A stretch of DNA of 61,146 nt, counting the filler, from Dugesia japonica (taxonomy: Eukaryota): NCBI GenBank assembly GCA_001938525.1. It is 3 parts of 3 records of this genome, joined end to end, with 100 filler letters (N's around TTAATTAATTAA, not from the genome) between each part and the next. Parts side by side here need not be neighbours in the genome. Positions count along the whole stretch, not along the records: positions 1 to 23,508 come from MQRL01629553.1; 2 more parts are not named here. One strand, written 5' to 3'. The position numbers were made by a program, and so were the translations under genes. Numbering within the stretch: position 1 is the stretch's first letter; every line of letters starts with the position of its first letter. The notes beneath the pieces were generated by a model. The model was not told the DNA's origin. It was given only the letters and a program-made list of their open reading frames with translations, and did no database searches. This document shows positions 1-11,814 of this stretch, one piece after another.

Positions 1-2556
1 AAATATTAGCTCTAGAATTACCACAGTTATCTTGTGGCAAATAGATTAAAGTAGTTTTATCTTATAAAATTTTCTTCTTTCTCATCATTTGTGCTCAATA
101 CGCAATACAATATTTTCTTTAATTGATTTATTTAGAAATAACTGATTTAAAAATAAATATTTTNNNNNNNNNNNNNNNNNNNNNNNNNNNNNNNNNNNNN
201 NNNNNNNNNNNNNCAACAAAAAGTAGTTAAATATATTATATAACTAACATGTAGATTTGTATTGAATGTATCAATTATTTAACTACATGTGCCAAATTTT
301 AAGTAATATACTTGGTTATCTGGCCCATGCAAATCCCTAGTTTGGACTAAGTGAAGTGAGTTATGAGTTTAAATAGAATGATCAAGTATTGATGATCTCC
401 TTACATGAACAACAATTAAAATGCATTTCATTTCCCCCCTAAATACTTAATTCCATTTTCTAATTTATAATTATTATACCACACGCGATTCTATAATATA
501 ATTAAATCTAATATTAATTAAAAAATTTTATTATTTTCGAAAAATTATGTAATTTCATTTTTCACTATTATTTGAAGTATTTCCATCTATATTGTAATTT
601 TAAATGATCGATTTTATTATAAATATGTTCTGCATCTGACTGTAAATAATTATATCCTTTAAATATTTTAAATAAATTCAGTTATTTTAAATTTATCTGA
701 TGATCAATTGAAATTCGACATAGTTTAATTATAATTATTAATTATAGCAAGTTCCTTAATCAATAATTTTCTGACCGTTTATTTTGACTATTCTATGTTT
801 ATTCTAAAATAGATTATAATTCGTAGAAATTTCATTATTTTCATGAAATATATTTAATATTTCTAATACATATTTCGAATGAATACATATGATGTCAGTT
901 TAATAAAGTCTGTTACATCCGTTCTAGACATTATTTAACCTTAAATTTTAATCATGTTTTATTATTATTTATTTATTAATAACTAATTAATTGTTAAATA
1001 TTTCAAAATTTATATTCATAATTTGAATCTTTTAACCATAATTCAATTTGACTCTGTCGATTTTCTGTCTTCAATAATTTCATGTTTTATTCTGTAATAG
1101 GAAGTGTCTTATTAATGGCTTCCATTACTTATTTTTAAATTTGATATTAGTTAAAATAGGATAAAGATTTTATTGTTTCAAGTATCTTCATATTTCCTTT
1201 ATTTAAAAATTAAAGTTATAATATTTTAATTCATTGAACCAGCTTTTCTTAATGACTTCTTTTTCCTTTTAAATATCTTTTATTAGTGATTGTCCTTTCG
1301 TCTGAATAATCTACATTAGTATTTTTACAGTAAAGTAACTTGTGGTGCTATAGATTATCCCTAACCTATCATTCTTCCGTGATTAATGTGAAACTCAACA
1401 TTATAATTTCTAATTTTGTATCACCATATTTATCAGATTTTTATTTGAATATTTAGCTGCTTATGCAAATATTTACATACAAATTTCATTAAATAGTATT
1501 ATATTATAATTATTATTATATTTATATAATATTTACTATGTCACAATTTTAGATGCATAATTTTCTAAAAGTAATATAGCAATTATTCAATTATTTTGTG
1601 ACTTTTTTATTTGGATATTGATGTATAAGTGTTCCAGCGATTTAATTTGTCTGTTTCATTAGTTAGTTATCATCTATTGCATTATGAATCTTATTTGTAA
1701 ATCAATATATTTCTGCAGTTTGAATGCATGCCTTGAAACTCTAGATTATTTTTAAGAATGTGTTATAATTGGATTTTAAATACATTTTGAAATGTTTTTA
1801 TTTATTTATAATTCAATTTTGTGGTTTCAAATATTTTTTTTCTAAAATATTTAAAAGCAACATATCTTCAGTTAAAATTTCAGTATAAATTTACGATTCG
1901 AACCCAATATAAATTATTGATTGTGGTTGCATATATATTCCTAAAATGGTTTTAAATTTCTTTGATATAAATTTAAAATATTTTTTTAGTATTTATTTTC
2001 CAATTTAGTTATTTCTTAAAAATAAATCGTTTGTAAAAAACAAAAAATTGTTTTTAACGTTTGCTTGATCAGTATGTAGCAATAATTTTTCTGAAAACAA
2101 ATGGTTTGTTGATGTTTTAAAATTTTTCCTTCTATTTTGTACTTAATTGGACTTCAAACCTACTTTGAAATAAATATTAGTGTTAAGATTGAAACTACCA
2201 TTTTACATGTCATATTTAAAGCGCAATACTTCAAGGTAACTGATGTTCATATCAACTAAATTATTGATAATATTATAAAGGTTTTTCCTTATAAACGATT
2301 AGTAGTTTCTATATCAGTTTTCCATGCTAATTCAAAATCTGCTATCCGTTTTGTAATACTGGGTCAGAATCTAAAGATATTTGCTTATATATATTTTCAG
2401 GAGCAAATTTCTAAACAAGAAAAATCATACAATTACTAAAAATAAATATATCAGATAAGTAGTTTGGTATAAATATATATTAATAAATATATTTAATTAC
2501 TGTTGCGATTGTTTTAACTCATTAACTTAATATTATAATTAGTAATTATTTTGAAA

Positions 2557-3444
2557 ATGTCATCAAGATGTTCTACCCTACCTAAATCTTTTTGTTACGT
2601 ATGCGGCTTAATAACAGTGTTAATCGAAAAATATTTATACCGCTGTAAAAGAAGGCGTATGAGATGTATTTCAATTCAAAACTGAATGGCGTAGATAAAT
2701 TATGGATATCCAGTTTTGTGTGCGTAATCTGTGCTAATACCTTAGCAGTTACCTAAACATACATATATGCCGTTTGGTGTGCGAACAAGTCAGTCATACA
2801 AATGGCTTCTTTTTCTGCCTAGAAAATATCAGTAGCATAACATACAAGAACAGAAAATCTGTGAAATACTCTAATGTTTCCTCCGCCTCACTACCAAAAT
2901 CTCCAACCAGTCATTTGTCCCGTCCCACAACAACTGAATTCCTTTACCTTAGATGACAGCAGTCATCAATAATCAAATGACAGTAAAATTGATTTCCAAC
3001 AAACCGATTTTGACACGTCATTCAAACCTGACAATTATCTTGATCGATAAATTTACGTTGCTTTCTTTGTGAGTGGGATAGCCGTAAAAGGAAGAACATT
3101 ATTTTCAAACTGAAATCACGATATAAGGGACGATTGAAATCATCCATGCTTTCAAATTACTGTTGGCAACCACATCAGTCTGTTCATAGTTCATCCTACA
3201 AATGACACTCTCATGCAAAGAAATTTAAATTAAACTAATAATAACATTATATGATAAATTTATGTTTGTCCATAAATATATTTATACGTATTAAGTATTA
3301 AATTTATGTTAAATTATTTTTATTTAAAAACGACATATCTNNNNNNNNNNNNNNNNNNNNNNNNNNNNNNNNNNNNNNNNCATGTCTTAATTAACAAGAA
3401 AAGACTTATCGGATCTAAGAAAAAAATAAAATTTTATTGCAGTG
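2557..3444 (+). mobile_element. Internally deleted Chapaev3-like (CMC superfamily) DNA transposon remnant
   Basis: Frameshifted fragments MSSRC..SFCYVCG, KKAYEMYF..DKLWISSFVCVIC, FFCLENI..KNRKSVKYSNVSSA, CFLCEWDSR and, almost immediately after, RYKGR..MLSNYCW match the order of motifs I recall for Chapaev3 transposases (FCYICG..WAPH..C, CFLCxWDSR, RYQGRW..MADYCW). Right end is ...TTGCAGTG followed by TTA. Left end not located. Confidence 0.7.
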
Positions 3445-5138
3445 TTATCTAATATCACATGTTTTTGTTAATTTCCCAAAATTCATTTTATAAGACATAA
3501 ATTTCATTTAGAGAAATTTACTAACTAATTTTTAATTCCCAATAAAATTATTTCAACATTCTTATATTTGTCATTAAACTCTATCAGATTTTCTAATTTG
3601 TTAGCAATCAATTTCCCGCCTGTAAATATTCAATATTTTCATTTTGACTGTGTTTTTCAAGCTTTCATTTGTTTGACAGATATTTTGAACTATTAGTTAA
3701 CAGTTTTAATTGATATTATATTTGAGATATTAATAAATGATGAGTGTTTGTTTATATTTTATATAAATATTTTAATATATTCTTTCAAATTTTTTTTTAA
3801 TATTCAACATTATATACGAAAACATATTTTCATTAAAATCTGAACATATTAATTTAAATGTTTATATTTGAATAGTTTTTGTTTCTTGGCAATTATCACA
3901 AGTGAATTTTTTATTAACTTTATTCATACAATATTTAAATTAAAACAAATAATTTCATGTTTCAAAAGTATTTAAATTAATAATTAAATATCCATTGCAA
4001 CTTATACTATTTTATCAGTTGTTTTACACAACATTCGCTTTCATTAGAAATTAAAAAGACAAATGTTCGTAACAGTGGTTAGAATTAATAATAACTAAAT
4101 TAAATACCTTAATAAACTAAAATATTTTCGAGTTTTATATGAAAATAACTGTTGCTTGATACAATCATTTTGTTTGAAATGTTCAATATTTTAGTTTATT
4201 AATCATGAAATCCACCAATACGTTATTTTCCAAATTTTCGATTTTATATTCTAACTTCACACAAAAGATTTTCTTGGTTGAATGACAAATATATTAAATC
4301 AACTATCAATTTATTACATTTGTAGCTATTTGTCTGTATGTAACCAAGGTATATTATAAGGAAACTTTCAGAAANNNNNNNNNNNNNNNNNNNNNNNNNN
4401 NNNNNNNNNNNNNNNNNNNNNNNNNNNNNNNNNNNNNNNNNNNNNNNNNNNNNNNNNNNNNNNNNNNNNNNNNNNNNNNNNNNNNTATTTTTCCAAGTTT
4501 AATTTTATTAATTTAACTATTACGAAGTATGATACAAATTTTAAAAATAAATAGTTTAAAGTTTTACTCATTTTTTTCCAAATTTTTACATCTCTTGTCA
4601 ACTGATATGAATGTTGAAAATGTTTTGCGAGAAAATTATTATAAAAAAATTATAAGTATTAAAAAAATTTAAAAGTTAAAGTTTATTAAATTTTTTTAAT
4701 GTTTTAAAATCTTTTCTGTTTAAATTGGTTTGTTTTCGTTATGGAACCACATTACAAAAAGAGTTAAATCATTAAATGAGATTAGAATAATTAAAAAATG
4801 TAATTAATTGTTATCAATTTTGACTTTGTTTCATGTATTCTGTAATGTTATTTTTAAAATAAAAATTTGAAAAACAATTTCATTTTACAATTAACCAAGA
4901 TATTTCAGCAATTCGTCAATTTCAATTATCGTGATTTGTAATAGTTATTTGAACTAAGAGTTACAATTTTTTTTATCATTTTAACGTTGGATGAATTTTA
5001 AATTTTCATTTAATTCATTTTTATGTCTTGCTATTCTTTTTATCATTATTACTATTAATGTTGTTTTATTATTCTTGAACATTTTTATTATGCAAAATGG
5101 GATTTTAAAAACAAGCGTAACAACTAAAATATCTTCAG

Positions 5139-5372
5139 ATTCAGAAAAACATTAATGTCTGCAATTCACAAAATATTCAAAATCAAGAAAATGTTGGACC
5201 TGCTTGTTCATCCTCAGGTGCCGCTACTGGAACTTGTGTAAGAAAGGATAAACCACTGATCAGAAGAAAATCAGATCTACCCCGTGACCAGGCTACTCAA
5301 AAAGCTATTGAACAACATCATCGTCCAGATGAATTCTTGGTACCGCCGTCTAATGAAGACGATAATAATTAA
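5139..5372 (+). CDS. PPP2R5D: Terminal coding exon of PP2A B56 (B') regulatory subunit, delta/gamma-like
   Basis: After acceptor cttcag, an open frame of 77 codons ends DKPLIRRKSDLPRDQATQKAIEQHHRPDEFLVPPSNEDDNN*, matching the B56 gamma/delta tail (LLRRKSELPQD..T.KALE.H.RA.E). An in-frame stop at 5118 requires splicing. Upstream exons not found in the window. Delta versus gamma cannot be resolved. Confidence 0.87.
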   Translation: MQKNINVCNSQNIQNQENVGPACSSSGAATGTCVRKDKPLIRRKSDLPRDQATQKAIEQHHRPDEFLVPPSNEDDNN

Positions 5373-5934
5373 AAAAATTAATCTATTGAAAATAGCCACT
5401 AATCAATAGCCGTCACATTGTTTTTTTCGTTTGATCAGTGTAGATTTGTGTATCTATTATCATTATTAATACTTTTTAATACTATAATTATTGATTTAAA
5501 AGGAAAATTTGTTCCTTTTGGATTTTAGAAACCATTTGTTTTACAATTTTGAATCAAATACTGTTTACTAGTCATTGAGATATTTTATACATGAGAACAA
5601 TGGAATTATTTGTCCTACTTCGCACTCAGAGATTCAAAATAGATTGATTTTACAACAATAAAAAATTTTTAACTACTGATATGACAATAATGATGATTAT
5701 ATATTTCATGTTTGTTATTTCGGTCCGGTTATCTTTATTATTATTGTGTTCAATTTTGTACTATTCGATTTGCAGATTGGAGAATTTTATTGGACTAAAA
5801 ATGATAATAAAAATAATATTTTGATTTTCATAATGATATTCTAGTTAGTAGTGTGTGTTATTTTTTCACAGTAGCAGTTGTAAAGCAATTACTTCTTTAT
5901 TTCCTTTCTTAATGCACATAAATTCTACTGTTTA

Positions 5935-5975
<41 letters not shown>

Positions 5976-6095
5976 GTGTTATTATTATTATTAGTGTTAT
6001 TATTATTANNNNNNNNNNNNNNNNNNNNNNNNNNNNNNNNNNNNNNNNNNNNNNNNNNTATTATTATTATTATTATTAGTGTTATTATTATTATT

Positions 6096-6137
<42 letters not shown>

Positions 6138-6145
6138 AATAATTA
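5935..6145. repeat. (ATT)n microsatellite with AGTGTT interruptions, spanning an N gap
   Basis: Seen directly. Confidence 0.95.
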
Positions 6146-7084
6146 TTATCTAATGTCCCTGTTTGATATTATAGTTATGCATAAACTGTGTTAAATATTT
6201 GAATATATGAACCCAATGAGAGATTATTGGATCTTATTATTAGGTTTTATAAATTTTGCAAGTTGATTTTATGTTTTGTTTTTTGTATTAGTTATTTTGC
6301 AATAGAATTTTGAACGTGTTAATTGAACTGATTTTTACAATTTAGTTTCAAGAAGATCTCTGGAATTAACTCTGCTAGTTTTATTGAAACTAGAACGTGT
6401 GTGTTCCAATGATGTATGTTAATATACAATTTGTGATCAGAATGAAAGCCGACAAACCTCAGATGTTAGATTAATTGAAATAAATTTGTGATATGATTTT
6501 TATTGTGGCTCTTTAGTGTAAAAAAATAAGAAGTTGTTAAAGAGTAGGAGTTAGTTTAAAATGTAGCGCTTACATAAAAATTTTTTGTGAAAATTTTTAT
6601 TAATTTAAAAAACAAAATTCGTTAAAAAGTAATTTTCTAACGCTTTTTTTTTCTATACTCAAACGTGTTAGATTACAATTTGGTCGTCATAGTGCATTTT
6701 AAGAAATTTAATCAAATATAAAATGTTATTGTTTTAGAAGTATTTAAAAATTGTTTAAAAAAGTGATTTTTTTTACAAGAAAAATTTGCAATATTAAAAA
6801 TAAGCAATTGTTAATATGATTTTATACAACCTTGAACAATTATTGTTATTATTTCATGATTGATATTTATGAAATACACAACAGGAACGAAGATATTCCT
6901 TGCACGTAATTTGATTTTAATAAATTATGATTTGTTCACAATTTTTATTGGAAATTTGTTATTATAAATTCATTGAATGTGTTTGACTAGTAAATTGTAA
7001 AGATTTTCAACAATCAGGAGTCAATTAAGTTTTTGTATTGGGACGATAGCTTAAACTTCCATTAATTTAATATTGTTTTAATAC

Positions 7085-7180
7085 CTCAAAATATTCAAAA
7101 ATGAATTCATTATCCAATAAAAAATAATTTAACTAATTTAGATAAATTGGAGAATTAAATTCATTTTTGAATATTTTTGT
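7085..7180. repeat. Short inverted repeat (MITE-like hairpin)
   Basis: caaaatattcaaaaatgaatt pairs with aattcatttttgaatatttttg across a short spacer. Confidence 0.5.
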
Positions 7181-8169
7181 GGTAATAACTACTTAATGGT
7201 TATTTTATAGGATGAATGACACAAGATTATCTTATTACAGAAATTGTGTTTTCAGAAAATGTTAATAAGAAACAACGTAATGACTGCAATCGCTTTTCAT
7301 GAGCATTTTTTTAGGTACGAGGTAAATATACGGTTTAAGAAGTTAAGTATATTTTCAGTTTCTTTAATTCAAAGTATTTATAAACTTTTATTACTAATAT
7401 TTATCGGATTATAACTTCTATCTAAATTTACATTTTCAATATTAATGAGAAATATTGATCAAATTATCTTCTAAATTTTATTTGAAACAAATAAAATTTA
7501 AAAATTACAATTTATGTTTTTATTTTGAAAATTGTGTTTATGATGGAACAATACAAGGTTTTAAATAATGATTAGATTACGAATAGAAAAGAAGGCAGTA
7601 TAACGCAGTAGAACATTTTACACTTAAATGCAAAAATCAATTATAATTAATATAAAGCATCTGCGAAATCAAAAAGTATATTCACAGATATTAAAACAAT
7701 ATTAACTATTATGTGATTTATAGGGTTCTTTAAGATGTTTATGAATTTATATGGTTTTTATAGAATTTTAAGAGTTTAATAAGGTGTTTATATGGTTATT
7801 ATGGTAGTAAAGAATTTTAATATTATTAGTATAACTACAAGTTATAACAAATTTACTAAAACATACCACGGTTTCATAAAATCCTTACTATTTTCAATTA
7901 AAAATTTAAATTACGTTAAAGTATATAGATTTTAATTGTTTTTTTTGTCGGGCTAGAACGCAAGAGCCCGGAGAAAAGTAGAATCTATAAAGCATAGTGT
8001 AATGAGAATGATGGGGAAGTTAGTGAAAATAACAAAAAGAGAATGATGAAATAAATTGTTGAATCAAACGAGGACTGGCCGAAATTTTAATATTATTATC
8101 ATAATTATTATCATATTATTATTATGGACGTGAAAATAAGTTTTCAAAAAAATATTTACATAAAAAATA

Positions 8170-8275
8170 TTTGTTTTCATACTCCGAGTACTTCATGTTT
8201 GAGCCTTGGTTTGAGCCCACAGACGGAATGAACATGAAATTATGATTGCTCAGAACAAATGTAAAGTCTAAAATA
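8170..8275 (+). repeat. Dispersed repeat, copy 1 (copy 2 at about 10280-10372)
   Basis: Shared blocks atactc..agtactt.atgtttgagccttggt and atgattgctcagaacaaatgtaaagtc.aaaata. Each copy precedes a decayed A-rich gag-like stretch. Confidence 0.75.
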
Positions 8276-8539
8276 TTAAAGATAAAAATACTTATATTAT
8301 AATAAGAGTTGAAGAAGCCTCTACAGCCGTGTTGTTAGTCTAATTGTGATATATTTAAATTATAGTAATACTTAAATATATCGAAATTCAAATTATTGAA
8401 TATTTAAAATTAAATAATAAAATATTGAAATTAATTTGATTGGTACTGCTATTTCATTACAAATATAATTTTAACTTGTTAATCATCTTATTATTTAATA
8501 TCCACATTTATATAGCATTGGATCAAATGAGCAGAAACT

Positions 8540-9228
8540 TTTCCTGCAGAAATTGATGTTTCAAGAAAAGGAACCTAAGTTGTTTAAGTTCAGGAAGGAT
8601 AATGAAAGTCTAGTTAGTAATCGAGAGAATTCATCAATTTATTCAATGCTTATAATATAACTGCAGAAGAGAAGATTATTATATGTAGTAAATATTTTAT
8701 CGACAACCTGATGAAGGAAATAAAATGTGACCCAAGCTTTGAGNGTACGAAGGTAGATATCGATTACTTGGAAAACATCTTATCAATTTACTGGATGTTA
8801 AACCATCAAAAATTACCCAAGCTATGCCGATACTTGAATTAATGCAATAACGAGTGGGAAAATAACGTATTTCGCTAAGCGTATTCGTGTGGAGAGCTGC
8901 TTTTTATCTGAAAAGAAAGAGAAAATTATATTAAAAGCATTTGAGAACATAGAAAATTGGCAAAGACACTAAACATAATCAAATAAAAATCATTGAAAGA
9001 ATCAGTAGAAAGTATAAAAGATGACAGATAACTGCGAAACGAATGAAAATATATTGCAATATAAGCCAAGATAATGAAACTATAAAGAATATGAAAATTG
9101 AAATAGAAAAGCTAAAGAATGAAATTGCCGAACTAAGGAGACACAATTACAAATCTGCTATTTGTAAAAAACCCTGCCGTAAGAATTTTTATATCTATGG
9201 CAAAAGTAACATGCGCAGTGGTGTTTAA
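8540..9228 (+). mobile_element. Decayed LTR-retrotransposon gag-like sequence
   Basis: Broken frames such as ILELMQ*..YFAKRIRVE, coiled-coil IEIEKLKNEIAELRR, and a degenerate knuckle-like end (FYIYGKSN). Weak. Confidence 0.4.
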
Positions 9229-9899
9229 TTTTTTTCTGTATGGTAAGAGATTATGTTGAGGAAAATTATTCAGAACCCGACAGCGTTTCCTGAATGAGTG
9301 TTGGGACAACCGGGGTGTGAGCTGTGTTGATGTATGATACACAGAGAGTAGTTAAATAATTTAACGGAAATCGTAAAATAATAAAATTACTATAAATTAA
9401 CAAAACAGTTACCGAAAAATTTGCAAATTTTATTTAACAAGAAAAACTAAAAAGATTTACTGATTTTATTTTTATGTAAGAGAAAACTGAATTTGGATTG
9501 GTTTCTATTAGAAGGGTTTCTTTGGTTTTCAGAAGGGTCTTCTTTTAGATCTTTGTTTTGTGGGAAATTTTGCTTTATTAGTTTGTGTAACAATCAACTC
9601 GAGATTACTAATTGATCGTATCTGAAATTCCTTATTTCTCTACCAATATTCCTGATTTGTTTAATTTGAATTTTAATTTTGTATTTGACCGTTGCCAAGA
9701 ATTTTTTAAATTTATTTCCATAATAACATTTTAATTCGTCAATCAATTATTGACCTTTTTAATTCTTTTCATATTTTTTTATATTTTATAATTATTATAT
9801 ATATGTGCATGTATATATACACACTTACATATAATAATTTATTTTTAAAAAAATATAAAAGTAAAATAAAAGTACATAATATAAAACTTCCCTTTTTAA

Positions 9900-10165
9900 G
9901 GCCAGAGGTTTATACAACAAAATAAAAGAAAACACATTCATAAGTGCATATCAAAATATTTACATAACAACTCAAAGTAAAAAATTCAAAGCAAACAATT
10001 AACCGTGAATATTTTCAATGAATTTGAAATTTTAAATATTATCCAATGGAAATTGAATTTAATCCAATGAATTTAATTTTAATTGTTGTTTCAAAGTTTA
10101 TAATCCGAATTTACTGAACTAATTTTCCTGAAGAAGACAGCTGAAATATTGAAAAATTTAAAAAA
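9900..10165 (+). mobile_element. Possible Penelope-like element 3' remnant with degenerate hammerhead motif
   Basis: RGLYNKIKEN resembles the GIY-YIG R.L..RI.EH segment; followed by CTGAAGA-AGACAG..GAAA at about 10126-10155. Confidence 0.3.
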
Positions 10166-11029
10166 AGAAAAACAACAATTCTGATCTTTTGTTTTTAAAA
10201 CATTTTATTTTAAATAAAATTGTTTATTCAGTTATTTTCACAGCTCAGTGGTTAAAATTTTTAAATTTTTGTACAAAAAATATTTATACTCGAAGTACTT
10301 TATGTTTGAGCCTTGGTGACTGTGCTTCCAAACTAATGATTGCTCAGAACAAATGTAAAGTCGAAAATAAATTAATTTGATTCATATACAACTGCGAAAA
10401 AATATCAAGAAACCAAATCATGAACGAATACCGGAAAAATTTGTGAGTTCAAAATTGAATAATGCACTGTCAAAATTAAATTAATGAAATTTTGAAGAAG
10501 GGCGAATATAAGCATTGAGAAACAAAGGCACAAACGAATGTTGGTATAAAATTGAGACTTTAAACTTAAATAATGTAAAGGCGATCATAGAAAACAAGAG
10601 AAAAATGTAGAAATCAAGTCACGGGCGAAGATTGAAATGAAAATCGAGAGTCAAAATCAAATAATGAAAAGTCAAAAATAAATTAATGATATCCTGAGGG
10701 ACAAGAAAAGAAACAATATAAAAAAGCAAAAGATGTGAGTATATAAAATCAAATATCCGAACTGCGTCGATAAATTAGAATGACAAAAACCTTATTTTTG
10801 TTTTGTCGCCAAAGGAACTCAGTCATCAATTTGAATGCTTATATGCACCTCGTCATTTTTGTTTTATGATTATTTGGAATTTTGGTTCAACGTAAATTTT
10901 TTTATTTTATTAGTATTAAAATTTTATAACTCCCAATTTTGTTAATTAATTACAGTATTTGAATTCCGTAATTATTAATTCTATTTATATAACTGGTGTA
11001 CACTTTTCATGATTACAATTTTTATTATC

Positions 11030-11630
11030 ATACAAGTCATCTATAAATACACAACTATCAGTATTGACAAAAATACTTCTATTTTTTAATGATTCTAATG
11101 AATTATATAATCCTAATCTAGGAAGAGCAGTTGTGTATAAAGCTATATAAATATAAGTTGATTTATATGGCTTCTTCTATTCATATTTTAAGTTATATTT
11201 AATCATCCATGTTTCTTCATCTAATGTTATATGGTTTTATTCTATATAATAATTGTTGTATATTGTTTTACATGCATCATCATAATTAATAGTATATACG
11301 TTGTGATCAAAATCATCATTCATTTCAAAATATCCCCATAAACTATTTAAAAAATTTTAGTTACTTGTCTTAAGTCGACATTGAATTTGATTTTATCTAT
11401 ATCTAATTCATATGCAAAATTGTCTGTTACAAACTGAATCTTTGTATTACAATTGCTATCATTAGTAGCATTACTATTACAATGTTTGTCACAATCAGGT
11501 AGACAATTTCCATTATGCATTTACAATCTGATGCTTCTAATTTATACTTCATAAATATATTTACATAGTCTTTGAATAAATCTTTTACAGTTTTAGGGAA
11601 ATAGTATAATTCAAATATATGTGTTGCGGT
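11030..11630 (-). pseudogene. Protein-primed family B DNA polymerase fragment (Polinton/Maverick/adintovirus type)
   Basis: Minus-strand motifs in the correct order: IFELYYF..DLFKDYVNIFMKYKLEAS, FLNSLWGYF (KxxxNSLWGKF motif), YIALYTTALPRLGLYNSLESLKNRSIFVNTDSCVF (IAAFTTA.ARL.LY..L...YxDTDS motif). Frameshifts and stops present. Confidence 0.85.
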
Positions 11631-11814
11631 TTCATCTGAGTTGGATGTAGAAAAATGGTGGCTGGGGGAAAAGACAGCCCTCAGGTGACTCATTCAAGAA
11701 TTTGCCTAATGCTCCTTATTAGGTTTTTAATGTGAAGCGGTTGACTCCCAACGCTTATTCGGAGTACACACATGCACATCTTTTTATTCGGGTTCAATAT
11801 TTCCCCATTAGTTC

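Noticed and set aside
320-340. LAHANP resembling B56 LAKANP as an upstream exon
   Set aside because: Immediately followed by TAG and no flanking similarity; probably chance.
560-2460. Minus-strand coding-like decayed stretch
   Set aside because: Many stops in all frames and no motif I can name.
7949-7971. GC hairpin CGGGCT..AGCCCG as a Helitron end or terminator
   Set aside because: No adjacent CTRR terminus or second copy.
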